From: Ascoidea asiatica JCM 7603
Taxonomy: Eukaryota > Fungi > Ascomycota
Assembly (NCBI GenBank): GCA_001600695.1
Contig: BCKQ01000015.1
Coordinates: 1 to 64,000, forward strand
Direction of reading: 5' to 3'
DNA: 64,000 nt
Part shown: piece after piece, positions 47,488 through 57,544 of the stretch
Position numbering within the stretch: the stretch's first letter is position 1
Layout of the letters: each line of letters starts with the position of its first letter
Position numbers and translations under genes: made by a program
The notes under the pieces: generated by a model
The model's database searches: none
What the model was told of the DNA's origin: nothing
What the model saw: the letters and a program-made list of their open reading frames with translations, nothing else

Positions 47488-50013
47488 ATGTTTAGATATT
47501 CTTTCTTTTCTTTGCCCTTACCTCATATAAATTCTTATTCTTTTCTTAAGAGGATTAGCACTCCAATTTTTATTTCTTCTGCTTCTTTGTCTCATTCATT
47601 TTCAACAAGTGAAAGAAAAATAATGTCCAAAATTTCTCAGCCAACATGGTTCAATCCGAATAAACTACCTCAAAATGATTCAGCAAAAGATTCAAGTCTT
47701 GCAAAGCCAAAGCTAAAATTATATAATTCTTTAACCAGAACTAAAGATGAATTTGTTCCAAGTTCAATTAATCAAATTACTTGGTATTCTTGTGGTCCAA
47801 CAGTTTATGATTCTTCTCACATGGGTCATGCTAGAAATTATGTTACAATAGATATTAATAGAAGAATTTTAATGAATTTTTTCAATTATGATATTGAATT
47901 TGTTCAAAATGTTACTGATATTGATGATAAAATTATAATTAGAGCTAGACAAAACTATTTATTCAAAACTCATATAGAAGACAAATATTCCAGTGAAATT
48001 TTAAATAATAATTCTGATAAAAAATTGGAATTAATTCAATTGACTGAAAGTTCTTTAATTAATTTCATTAATGATAATTTAAAAAAATTTCTTAATGAAA
48101 ATGATAAAAATATAAATATTTCAGATCCTTTAAATAATTTTGTTTCTTTTAAGAATTGGTATAATTCAATCAATACTCCTTCAATTATTCAACAATATAT
48201 TTTAAAATCTCAAAAATTTCCAATGTTTATAAAACAAACAAATTTAGCAATAAAATCCTTATCTAATTTCAATAATGATACAATTTCTACTAATGACTTT
48301 TTAAATAATATCAAAGATATTTTGGTACCTGACTTAGATACTAAATTTAAATCTACAGTTTCCGATCCTAATTTATTTAAAGCTTTACCTTCTTATTGGG
48401 AAAATCAATTTGATAAAGATATGAAAAAATTAAATGTTCTACCACCAACTGTTAAAACGAGAGTTTCTGAATATATTCCAAATATTATTACATTTATTGA
48501 AAAAATTATTAAAAATGGTTATGGTTATTCAGCTACTGATGGTTCCGTTTATTTTAATACTCTAGAATTCGATACTTCAGATATTCATTCATATGCTAAA
48601 TTACAGCCTTGGAACAAAGGTCAATTAGATTTAATTCAGGATGGTGAAGGTTCTTTATCTAATTTTTCTAATCAATCTGGTAAAAAATCTTCCAATGATT
48701 TTGCTTTATGGAAAGCTTCAAAACCCGGTGAACCATTCTGGAATTCACCTTGGGGAAAAGGTAGACCTGGATGGCATATTGAATGTTCTGTAATGGCTTC
48801 TGATATTCTTGGTTCTAATATTGATATTCATTCAGGTGGTATAGATCTAGCTTTTCCGCATCATGATAATGAATTAGCTCAATCTGAAGCTTGTTTTGAT
48901 AATAAACAATGGATTAATTATTTCTTACATACTGGTCACTTACATATTGAAGGTCAAAAAATGAGTAAATCCTTAAAAAATTTTATTACTATTGATGAAG
49001 CATTAAAAACTTATTCTTCGAGACAATTAAGACTTGTTTTTGCAATGACACAATGGAATAATCAGTTAGATTTCAAAGATTCCTTAATTAAAGAAGTTAA
49101 AGGTTTCGAGAATACTCTTACAAAATTCTTTACTAATATTAGAGCTTTAAATCATGATGTTAATTATCAAATTGAAAAAGGAGTTGTTGTTTCAGAAAAA
49201 TTAAATGAAATTGATTTCAATTTAATTAAAAGTTTAAAAACTTGTAAAATTCAAATTTATGAACAATTTTGTGATAATTTAAGTACTCCAATGGTTTTAA
49301 AAACCATAACTCAATTAATTACTTTGACAAACAATTACTTATCCGATGTCAATAAAGATTTCAAAATTCGTATTTTAAATGAAATTGCTACTTATATCAC
49401 TAAAATTTTATCAATTATTGGTTTTGAAACTCGTTCTGATGGATTAGGCTGGTTAGATAATGCTTCTTCATCAGATGAATTATCTAATGGCACTGTTGAT
49501 ATTCATGAAGCTCTTTTACCTTTTGCACAACTTATCAACAAAATACGTGATCAAATAAGAAGTATTGGAATTGATTCCAAAGACAAAAATTTACTTGATT
49601 TAAGTGATAAAATAAGGGATAAAGATTTATTGGATTTGGGTATTGCTTTGGATGATAGAGCAGGCCAAAGTTCATTGATTAAATTTTTATCACCAGATGA
49701 AAAAGCTGAATTAATCGAACAACAGAAACTCAAAGAAAAGCAACAATTAGAGAAATTGGCAAAACAAGAAGTTGAAAGAAAATTGAAAGAACAAAGAGAA
49801 AAAGAAAAGCAAGAAAAAGAAAAAGTTAATCCTATTGATTTATTTAAAACAGTAGAGTTCAAAGTAAAATATTCTGCATGGAATGAAGATGGAATACCAA
49901 CTAAAAACATAGATGGTTCTGATGTTACCAAATCCGCTCAAAAAAAATTGAAAAAAAAGTGGACTGTTCAAAAAAAGTTGTATGACAATTATTCAAAAAA
50001 GGAGACTTCCTAA
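47488..50013 (+). CDS. CRS1: Cysteinyl-tRNA synthetase with probable mitochondrial presequence; second in-frame ATG at 47623
   Basis: CGPTVYDSSHMGHAR, GRPGWHIECS, FPHHDNE and KMSKS. Confidence 0.95.
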   Translation: MFRYSFFSLPLPHINSYSFLKRISTPIFISSASLSHSFSTSERKIMSKISQPTWFNPNKLPQNDSAKDSSLAKPKLKLYNSLTRTKDEFVPSSINQITWYSCGPTVYDSSHMGHARNYVTIDINRRILMNFFNYDIEFVQNVTDIDDKIIIRARQNYLFKTHIEDKYSSEILNNNSDKKLELIQLTESSLINFINDNLKKFLNENDKNINISDPLNNFVSFKNWYNSINTPSIIQQYILKSQKFPMFIKQTNLAIKSLSNFNNDTISTNDFLNNIKDILVPDLDTKFKSTVSDPNLFKALPSYWENQFDKDMKKLNVLPPTVKTRVSEYIPNIITFIEKIIKNGYGYSATDGSVYFNTLEFDTSDIHSYAKLQPWNKGQLDLIQDGEGSLSNFSNQSGKKSSNDFALWKASKPGEPFWNSPWGKGRPGWHIECSVMASDILGSNIDIHSGGIDLAFPHHDNELAQSEACFDNKQWINYFLHTGHLHIEGQKMSKSLKNFITIDEALKTYSSRQLRLVFAMTQWNNQLDFKDSLIKEVKGFENTLTKFFTNIRALNHDVNYQIEKGVVVSEKLNEIDFNLIKSLKTCKIQIYEQFCDNLSTPMVLKTITQLITLTNNYLSDVNKDFKIRILNEIATYITKILSIIGFETRSDGLGWLDNASSSDELSNGTVDIHEALLPFAQLINKIRDQIRSIGIDSKDKNLLDLSDKIRDKDLLDLGIALDDRAGQSSLIKFLSPDEKAELIEQQKLKEKQQLEKLAKQEVERKLKEQREKEKQEKEKVNPIDLFKTVEFKVKYSAWNEDGIPTKNIDGSDVTKSAQKKLKKKWTVQKKLYDNYSKKETS

Positions 50014-50709
50014 GACTTTAGGGTCAAAAATATGACTCATAGAATATTTTTTAGCCTTAAATTTTCAAATTATATTTTTTATTTAGATAGTAATTTTGAT
50101 TTCATAAATTTAAATTTTTACAGAAGATAGATATAATACAAAATTTTCAGAGATTATTTTAAGTTGCTTTAAATGCTCAGAATTATACTGTCTAAATTAT
50201 CAAGGCCAGAAAGAAGTGTACAGTTAACCATTATATTTTTCAAATTTCAACCGAGCTGTTATCATAAAATTGATAAAGTTTTGAAAAATTGAAAAATTTG
50301 ACCAAATTTCTCAAGTCTTTTTTGTCCAACCTAAAAGCATTTAAGCCGATTTGCCTTTTCTTCATTTGAAATTTGATTACAATTAGGTTTTGGAACTGCT
50401 TTAAAAAAAAATTCGTTCAAGAAAAAATCAAATACAGAATATAGAATTTCAAAAAATTAAGCTTTACTGAAATCCTTAGTAAAAAAAACCACAATTATCA
50501 ACATAACTGTTACTCAAAAAAAATTTAACTATTTCGAACTCTAATTTTTCACTTATTTTTGACCTATTAAAAGTTAGGAAAATTTCAGGATTGGAATTTT
50601 TAATAGGAGAAAATTCTAAAAAATTGATCGAGAATATTACTTTCTGTTAAATCTATAAAAAACATTTAATTTAAGATATATAAGAAAGTACACAAAAATA
50701 AAATTTCTT

Positions 50710-52495
50710 TTATTGGGTTTGACGTACACCACTAACAATATCATCAACTCTTAATAGCATACACGAAGATTCAATTGCAGTTTTAATAGATTGAGTTTTA
50801 ACTGAAGTTGGTTCCCAAATACCATATTCTTTCATATCAACAATTTTTCCAGTATCACCATTAATACCAAAAGAATAATTACCTTTGGCATGCTCAGCTC
50901 TTAATTTACTTAAAACTCTTATTGGATTACCACCAGAATTTTGAATTAATGTTCTTGGAATAACTTCCATTGCATCAGCAACAGCTTGATAAGGTAATTG
51001 ATGAACTCCTTCAATTTTTTTAGCAAATTCGGATAATTTAACAGAAATTGCCATTTCAGTTGCTCCACCACCAGGAGATAAGGAAGGCTCTAAAAATACA
51101 TTTCTTGTTACACTCATTGCATCTTGTAAATTTCTTTCAACTTCATTTATAATATCTTTTGATGGACCTCTTAAAATAATTGAACAAGCTTTTGCAATTT
51201 TTTCATCTTTTGCTAAAATATATGTAAAATATTCATCACCAATTAACTCAACCTTAAATAAACCACAATTTGTACCAATATCAGATTCTTTTAAATCTTC
51301 AACCCTATTTACTATTGTTGCTTTGGTAATTCTTGCAATTCTATTATTATCAGATTTTTTAGCTCTTCTTAAAGCAGTTACACCACCTTTTTGTAAATAA
51401 TGTTGAGCTAAATCAGATACACCTTTTTCGGTTATAACTAAATCAGGTTTAAATTGTAAAATATAATCACATAATTGCTTAACTTGTTCTTCTTCAATTT
51501 GTAGAATTCTATTCCAATCATCTTCTTTTGTAATTTCAATATTTGTTTGAGATTCACCTTTTTTATATTCTAATGGACAATCTAATAATATAACTCTTGG
51601 ATTTTCAATATATCTTTTCATTTTTGGATGAGTTATATCTTTATTTAAAATACAACCATTTATAAGTTGAGAATCTTCAATTTCTCCACCAGGAATTTTT
51701 TCAATTCTAATATATCTTTTAATATCAATTTCTTTAGTTGTATTTTCACCTCTATCAATTACAATTGATTTTACAGCATTTAAAGCTAAATTACACATTT
51801 GATTTGAATATTTAGAAATATATTTAGTACCAATTGAAGCTTTGATTAATTCTAGCATTGAACTTTCATTCGATAAATCAATTGGTCTTGAGATATCATT
51901 AATAACTTTAAGAGAATCTTTTAAAGCAGTTTTTAAAGCTTGAATTATAATTATTGGATGAATATTTTTTTCAGAAATATATGGAAAAGTTTGAGCTAAA
52001 ATTTCTCCAGATAAAATTATAACAGAAGTTGTACCATCACCAACTTCTTCATCCTGAGTTCTTGATAATTCTATCATTGATTTTGCAGCAGGATGAGCAA
52101 CATCTATTTCTCTTAAGATTGCATGACCATCATTCGTTAAAACGATACCACCCATAGGATCTAATAACATTTTCAACATTGCTTTTGGGCCAAGACATGT
52201 TCTAATAATATCTGCAACAGTTTTTGCAGCTGTGATATTAGAGATTTGAGCCTCTCTTCCAGATTGTCTGGTAGTAGAAGTATCTGAAAATTGAATAAAA
52301 AAATAAATTAAAGGTTAGTTGAATTAATTTAGATTGAAATGAATTGAAACAATTCCATTATGGATTTTAAAAGAAAAAATATAACAAAAAAAGTGGAATG
52401 CTCAATTTATTGCCACATGAATTGAAATGAATGTTAAAAAAATGTAAGAATAAAAAAGTAAAAAACATACTTAAGAAAACAACTGGTGCTTGCAT
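50710..52495 (-). CDS. CCT3: Chaperonin CCT subunit gamma; exons 52495-52471 and 52283-50710
   Basis: Exon 1 MQAPVVFL. Intron GTATGT...AACTAAC...CAG (52470-52284). Exon 2 ...AQISNITAAK...TCLGPKAMLKMLLDPMGG with GDGTTS. Confidence 0.97.
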
Positions 52496-52937
52496 TTTAA
52501 AAAATAAGATTACTGTCCTATTATTTTACTTTCAAAACTAAACAAATCAATGGATAATAAATAATTGATTATCTTTTAAAATACTATCAATTATCTTTGT
52601 TTTGATAATAAATCTTGATCTCTTTCACCGATTTACATTTTTGAAATTTGCATAAAATGTTTATTAATTTTATCAACAGTAAGCTTCCACAGCACAACCG
52701 TGGGTCAGAGCGCTATCCGTGACACGATTCCTTGCAAAACCGTGCGTAACCCCGCGGATATTATCACCAGCATTACGCTGCCTTTACTGCAGCAATATAC
52801 CTTAAACAAATACCACCATTATGGATTTAATAAAAAGTATCCGGATATTTTAAAATCCTGCTTTCCGCTCTTGCGGATCAACCCATAAACTGCAATACCA
52901 TAAAAATGGTCTCTGTTGATTTTTTTTAAACAGTGAA

Positions 52938-52973
52938 CACGTGAAACAACGTAGGGCTTTTTAATGAGCCTTA
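52938..52973. promoter_or_regulatory. Cbf1 box (CACGTGA) next to a Tbf1-like inverted repeat TAGGGCT-N8-AGCCTTA upstream of RPS12
   Basis: CACGTGA at 52938-52944, TAGGGCT at 52952-52958, AGCCTTA at 52967-52973. This resembles the Tbf1+Cbf1 RP-promoter architecture known from Candida albicans. Confidence 0.55.
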
Positions 52974-53272
52974 GATTTGTTCTTTCCGGGCTTTAACAGC
53001 CCGGGCTAGTTCTCGGCCTGGAAAGACCCAGAACCAACAACGGGTTTTTGGTTCGCAGTTCTGGCGCGCAGTGCTCGTTCTCTTCTTTTTCACTTGGCGG
53101 TGGTTCGTTCTTTTAAGTGAAAAATATATTCGATTCTGGTTTATAATTTATTTATTGATTTACCTTTTTTGAATCACTGAGCAGAATTTAGAATATATAT
53201 ACAATATCTATAGAATCTGACGAAGAAGTCTTAATATTAAAAGGAATCCTACTATAATACTATTTTAAAAAA

Positions 53273-53710
53273 ATGTCTGACGTTGAAGAAGTTGTCCCTG
53301 TTGAAGAAGTCGAAGAAGTTGCCGTTGAAGAAACTGGATCAATTTCTATTGAAGATGCTTTAAAAACCGTTTTAAGAACTTCCTTAAAATTTGATGGTTT
53401 AGCAAGAGGTCTTAGAGAAGCTTCAAAAGCTTTATCCAGAAGAGAAGCTCAATTATGTGTTTTATGTGATTCAGTTACTGAAGAAGGAATTATTAAATTA
53501 GTTGAAGCTTTATGTAATGAACCTGAAGAAAAAATTCCATTAATCAAAGTCTCAGATGCTAAAAAATTAGGTGAATGGGCTGGTTTATGTCAATTAGATA
53601 GAGAAGGTAATGCAAGAAAAGTTGTCGGATGTTCATGTGTTGTTATCAAATCTTGGGGTGCTGCTTCTGAAGAAAGAGATATTTTATTAAACCATTTTGC
53701 TGAAGCTTAA
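53273..53710 (+). CDS. RPS12: 40S ribosomal protein eS12
   Basis: [14 protein letters not shown] and [26 protein letters not shown]. Confidence 0.98.
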   Translation: MSDVEEVVPVEEVEEVAVEETGSISIEDALKTVLRTSLKFDGLARGLREASKALSRREAQLCVLCDSVTEEGIIKLVEALCNEPEEKIPLIKVSDAKKLGEWAGLCQLDREGNARKVVGCSCVVIKSWGAASEERDILLNHFAEA

Positions 53711-54069
53711 TTTTAATATTGATTATATTATCAATCTTATTTTATTGCCTAACTTAGATTAACTGAAACGTTAAATATTATTTAAATTACATGTTTTTCT
53801 TTTACATTTAACTAAAATACTGTAGTTTGATTCTAATCATTCATAATTAATTGTATTCATATTAGAGCAAATGAAATTTTTAAACTATGTACAAAGCTGT
53901 CCCGCAAAAATGGTCTTTATTTTTTGTTTTTCAATTGCTTTTTAAAAATCATGTTTTTTGAATTGAAGAATGAAGTAAATTAAATAAATAAAAAACCTAA
54001 TAAGAACTATTTATTAATTCATTTCATTCCATTTTATTTCAATCATTATCATATTAATAATTATTTCAA

Positions 54070-55254
54070 ATGAATTCATGGTTACGAATATACCTTTCCT
54101 TATGTTTAATTGTGCTTATTATAGTAATAATAGTAATTTTCTTCAATATTCCATTAACACAAAATAATAAGTTTGTCCAAAATGTTAAAAAAAGAATAAT
54201 ACCAATTTTATTCAAAAATATCAATAAATCTATTGACTCAAATCAATATATCATAAATTGGTTAACCCCATTTTTTTATATTTTTTTACTTCTTTTATTA
54301 CTTTATTTTTTCATTAATTCTTCTTATGATTTAATTTTATCAAATAGTAATTTAAGTATTTCTCAACCAATAATTATACTTACTTTAATTTCAAATTTAG
54401 TTTTCAGTTTCATTAAAGTAATAATCTCGAATCCAAATCCAAATCTAACTTCAAATTCAAACTCAATTCAATTCAAAAATGATAATTTATTATTTTTTGA
54501 TAATAATTTGTGTAAAACTTGTCAACTAATTAAACCCGCAAGAAGCAAACATTGTTCAACTTGTAAAAAATGTATATTATTATATGATCACCATTGTATA
54601 TGGATAAATAATTGTATTGGCTTAAATAATTTTAAGTGGTTTTTATATTTTTTATTATCAAATATTTTTGCAATGTCTTATGGTCTTTATTTAAATTATT
54701 TTTATGTTATACCATTAGTAAATATTGATTTAGAAGGTGAAAATTTCAATGATTTTAATTTATTCTATAAACTTATCACAATGATTACAGATAACAATCT
54801 TGTATATAATCAAATTGTTATATCTACATTATTACTTTTTTTCTTTGATTTAATTGTTATTGCTTTTACAATATATCAATTAATTTTACTTAAAAAAGGT
54901 CAAACAACAAATGAATCTGAAAAGTGGGATTATATTAATGATTTAATAAAATCAAATTGTCTTTATTATTATAATAATTCTCAAAAAGATATTAAATTGC
55001 TCAAGCTTATAGATAAAGACTCTTTAACTGAAATAATTGCTTTAAATCCAGATAATTATGATATGTTTTATTTTCAAAAATTTGAAAATAATTTATATAT
55101 TACTTTAGATGAAAATTTTCAATTATCTTTAGATGAGTTATCCAATCATTATAATTTAGTTCAAATTAATGAAACAAATAAAAAAAATCTAATTATCAAT
55201 ATTTATGATAATCAATCATTAATTAAAAACTTAATAGAAAGATTATTTATTTAA
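54070..55254 (+). CDS. SWF1: DHHC palmitoyltransferase, Swf1-like
   Basis: KPARSKHCSTC...DHHCIWINNCIG, FLLSNIF and TTNESEKW. Confidence 0.82.
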   Translation: MNSWLRIYLSLCLIVLIIVIIVIFFNIPLTQNNKFVQNVKKRIIPILFKNINKSIDSNQYIINWLTPFFYIFLLLLLLYFFINSSYDLILSNSNLSISQPIIILTLISNLVFSFIKVIISNPNPNLTSNSNSIQFKNDNLLFFDNNLCKTCQLIKPARSKHCSTCKKCILLYDHHCIWINNCIGLNNFKWFLYFLLSNIFAMSYGLYLNYFYVIPLVNIDLEGENFNDFNLFYKLITMITDNNLVYNQIVISTLLLFFFDLIVIAFTIYQLILLKKGQTTNESEKWDYINDLIKSNCLYYYNNSQKDIKLLKLIDKDSLTEIIALNPDNYDMFYFQKFENNLYITLDENFQLSLDELSNHYNLVQINETNKKNLIINIYDNQSLIKNLIERLFI

Positions 55255-55407
55255 AAAACAAAAAAAAACAAATCCAATTTATCGAAAAGTATAGATTTTC
55301 TTTTGTTCTCTTAATCGTTTTAGAATAGAAAAGGTTTTTTTAATAATAAACTAAAATAAGCTAAAAGTTACTCAAAATATTTATGATTAAAATATTAAAA
55401 TTATTCT

Positions 55408-56670
55408 TTAAGTGTGTATTGATTCAGCTAATAATCCTTTTTTTTTATCAAAACTTTTCATTGGTTGCATTCCAAATTTTGCAAGCATCGAAATGTCTTC
55501 ATCCCATCCACTACAATTAGTAGTTAACATTCTTTTACCCGTAAAAATTGCATTTGCACCTGCCATAAAACAAAGAAATTGTTCCATTTCTTTCATAGTA
55601 TATCTCCCTGCTGCAATTCTAACTATACTTTCAGGCATCAAAAGTCTAGCTGTTGCAATAGTTCTTAGAATATCATTAAATTTTAATTTTTTTGAACTTT
55701 GAACAGCTTCTAATGGAGTCCCGGGAATTGGAACTAATCTATTTATTGGAAGAGATTCAGGATGTTTTGGTAATGTTGCAAGAGTGTATAAGAAGCTAAC
55801 TCTATCGGCTTCAGTTTCATTAATTCCTAAAATTCCTCCAACACAAGTTTTAATATCACTTTCTCTTACATTTTCAATAGTTTTTAATCTATCATCAAAT
55901 GATCTTGTTGTAATTATATCAGGATAATGTTCTCTAGAAGTATCTATATTATGATTATAACATGTTAAATTATGTTTTTTGAGTTCTGCTAATTGATCTT
56001 TCTCAATCATTCCTAAAGTAACACAAGATTCCATACCTAAATCATTTATACCTTCAACCATTTGTCCAATTTTTTTCAAAGCACTTTTTCTACCTTTCAT
56101 TTCACGCCAGGCTGCTCCAAGACAAAATCTTGTTGTTCCCTTAGATTTGGCTAATTTGGCTTCTTCCATAACTTGTTCAACAGAAATCATTTTTTTAGCT
56201 TCAACTCCAGTTGAATATTTTGAACTTTGAGAACAATATGAACAATTTTCTGAACATCCACCTTCTTTAATATTACTTAATGTACATAATTGAACTTCAG
56301 TTGGATCATGAAAATTTCTATGAACAATTTGAGCAGAATAAATTAATTGAAGTAAAGGTGAATCATAAATTTTTTGAATTTGATCTTTTGTCCATTTATT
56401 ATAAGGAGTTTTTCTTGAAACTGCAAATTTTAAAGGGTCAACAGCTAAAATTGGATCAATATTTTTAGTGTTATTAGATTTTAAAACTGAGTTTTCTTTA
56501 ATTTGATGGGAATGTTGTATAGAAGAAGAAATAGGGGGAAAGGATATTGAGGTTCTTGTTGTATTCATAGAAGGTAATGAGTAGAACCTGACTTTACAAA
56601 ATTTTGATAAAGAAAGTACCCCTTCAATTTTTTTCAAACCACTAGTTCTTGAAATAACTTTAGAAAACAT
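55408..56670 (-). CDS. BIO2: Mitochondrial biotin synthase
   Basis: Radical-SAM CSENCSYCSQS, RFCLGAAWR, YNHNIDTS and PESLPIN. Confidence 0.97.
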   Translation of the reverse strand: MFSKVISRTSGLKKIEGVLSLSKFCKVRFYSLPSMNTTRTSISFPPISSSIQHSHQIKENSVLKSNNTKNIDPILAVDPLKFAVSRKTPYNKWTKDQIQKIYDSPLLQLIYSAQIVHRNFHDPTEVQLCTLSNIKEGGCSENCSYCSQSSKYSTGVEAKKMISVEQVMEEAKLAKSKGTTRFCLGAAWREMKGRKSALKKIGQMVEGINDLGMESCVTLGMIEKDQLAELKKHNLTCYNHNIDTSREHYPDIITTRSFDDRLKTIENVRESDIKTCVGGILGINETEADRVSFLYTLATLPKHPESLPINRLVPIPGTPLEAVQSSKKLKFNDILRTIATARLLMPESIVRIAAGRYTMKEMEQFLCFMAGANAIFTGKRMLTTNCSGWDEDISMLAKFGMQPMKSFDKKKGLLAESIHT

Positions 56671-57182
56671 ATTTGAAAATAGTAGAAAATATATAAGATG
56701 CTATTTGAAAGTTCAAATAAAAATCAAAAGATATATAAATTGAATAAAAGATTAGTTATCTAAAGTATTTAACTACAAAAAAAAGGGATGATATATCTAT
56801 ACAAGAAATTCAAGAAAAAGGAAAATATAAGAAAAGGGAAAATACGGAAAGAAAGAAATAAAGACTGAGGAAAAAAAGTACGAAGTGATGAAGCTACCGT
56901 AACAAAGGTGATAAGGATAAATGAATTTTGATCAAGAAACTAAGAGAAATTTTGCTGCGAGCTCCTAGAAGTAAATATTTGCTGCTACAATTTCACTTAT
57001 TTTGAATTGATATTGGTAATTGGGTGATTTTCCAGTGGGGTCTTGAAGAATATTTCTCAAGAATAAAGAATAGCATAAAAAATATATTTGAATGAATGCC
57101 TTAAACAGGCTACATCTTGAATTTAAGGTTATTACAAATAGAAAGTAGAGCTCTTTTTATTGGAGGAAGAAAGCGGCTCTTC

Positions 57183-57277
57183 TTGAGTCGTTTGAATCAC
57201 TTAAGTCGCTTGAATCAATTGAATCAATTTAATTGTTTGAATCACTTGAATCATTTGAGTCACTTGATCATGTGAGT
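57183..57277. repeat. Degenerate 9-bp tandem repeat (TTGAATCAC consensus), about 10 units, upstream of BIO2
   Basis: Units ttgagtcgt/ttgaatcac/ttaagtcgc/ttgaatcaa/ttgaatcaa/tttaattgt/ttgaatcac/ttgaatcat/ttgagtcac/ttgatcatg. Confidence 0.85.
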
Positions 57278-57544
57278 CCTCACTATTTTCAAAACTTTCA
57301 GTCTAAGTTTTTGACAATTTTCTTTTACAAGATTGAAGATTATTACAAAATGAATAGCTATAACTTTATAAAAATAACAGTTAATAATGCTTCTAAAGCA
57401 ATAATTATGAATAGATATTTTGTTTTCATTTCAAAGAAGAATTCATTTATTTATGTTACAGCAATCTCACTCCTCGAGATTTATTATAATTAACTAATTA
57501 AGTATTTATACAACAAGAAAATATCTTTACTGATCTCCAAAAGG

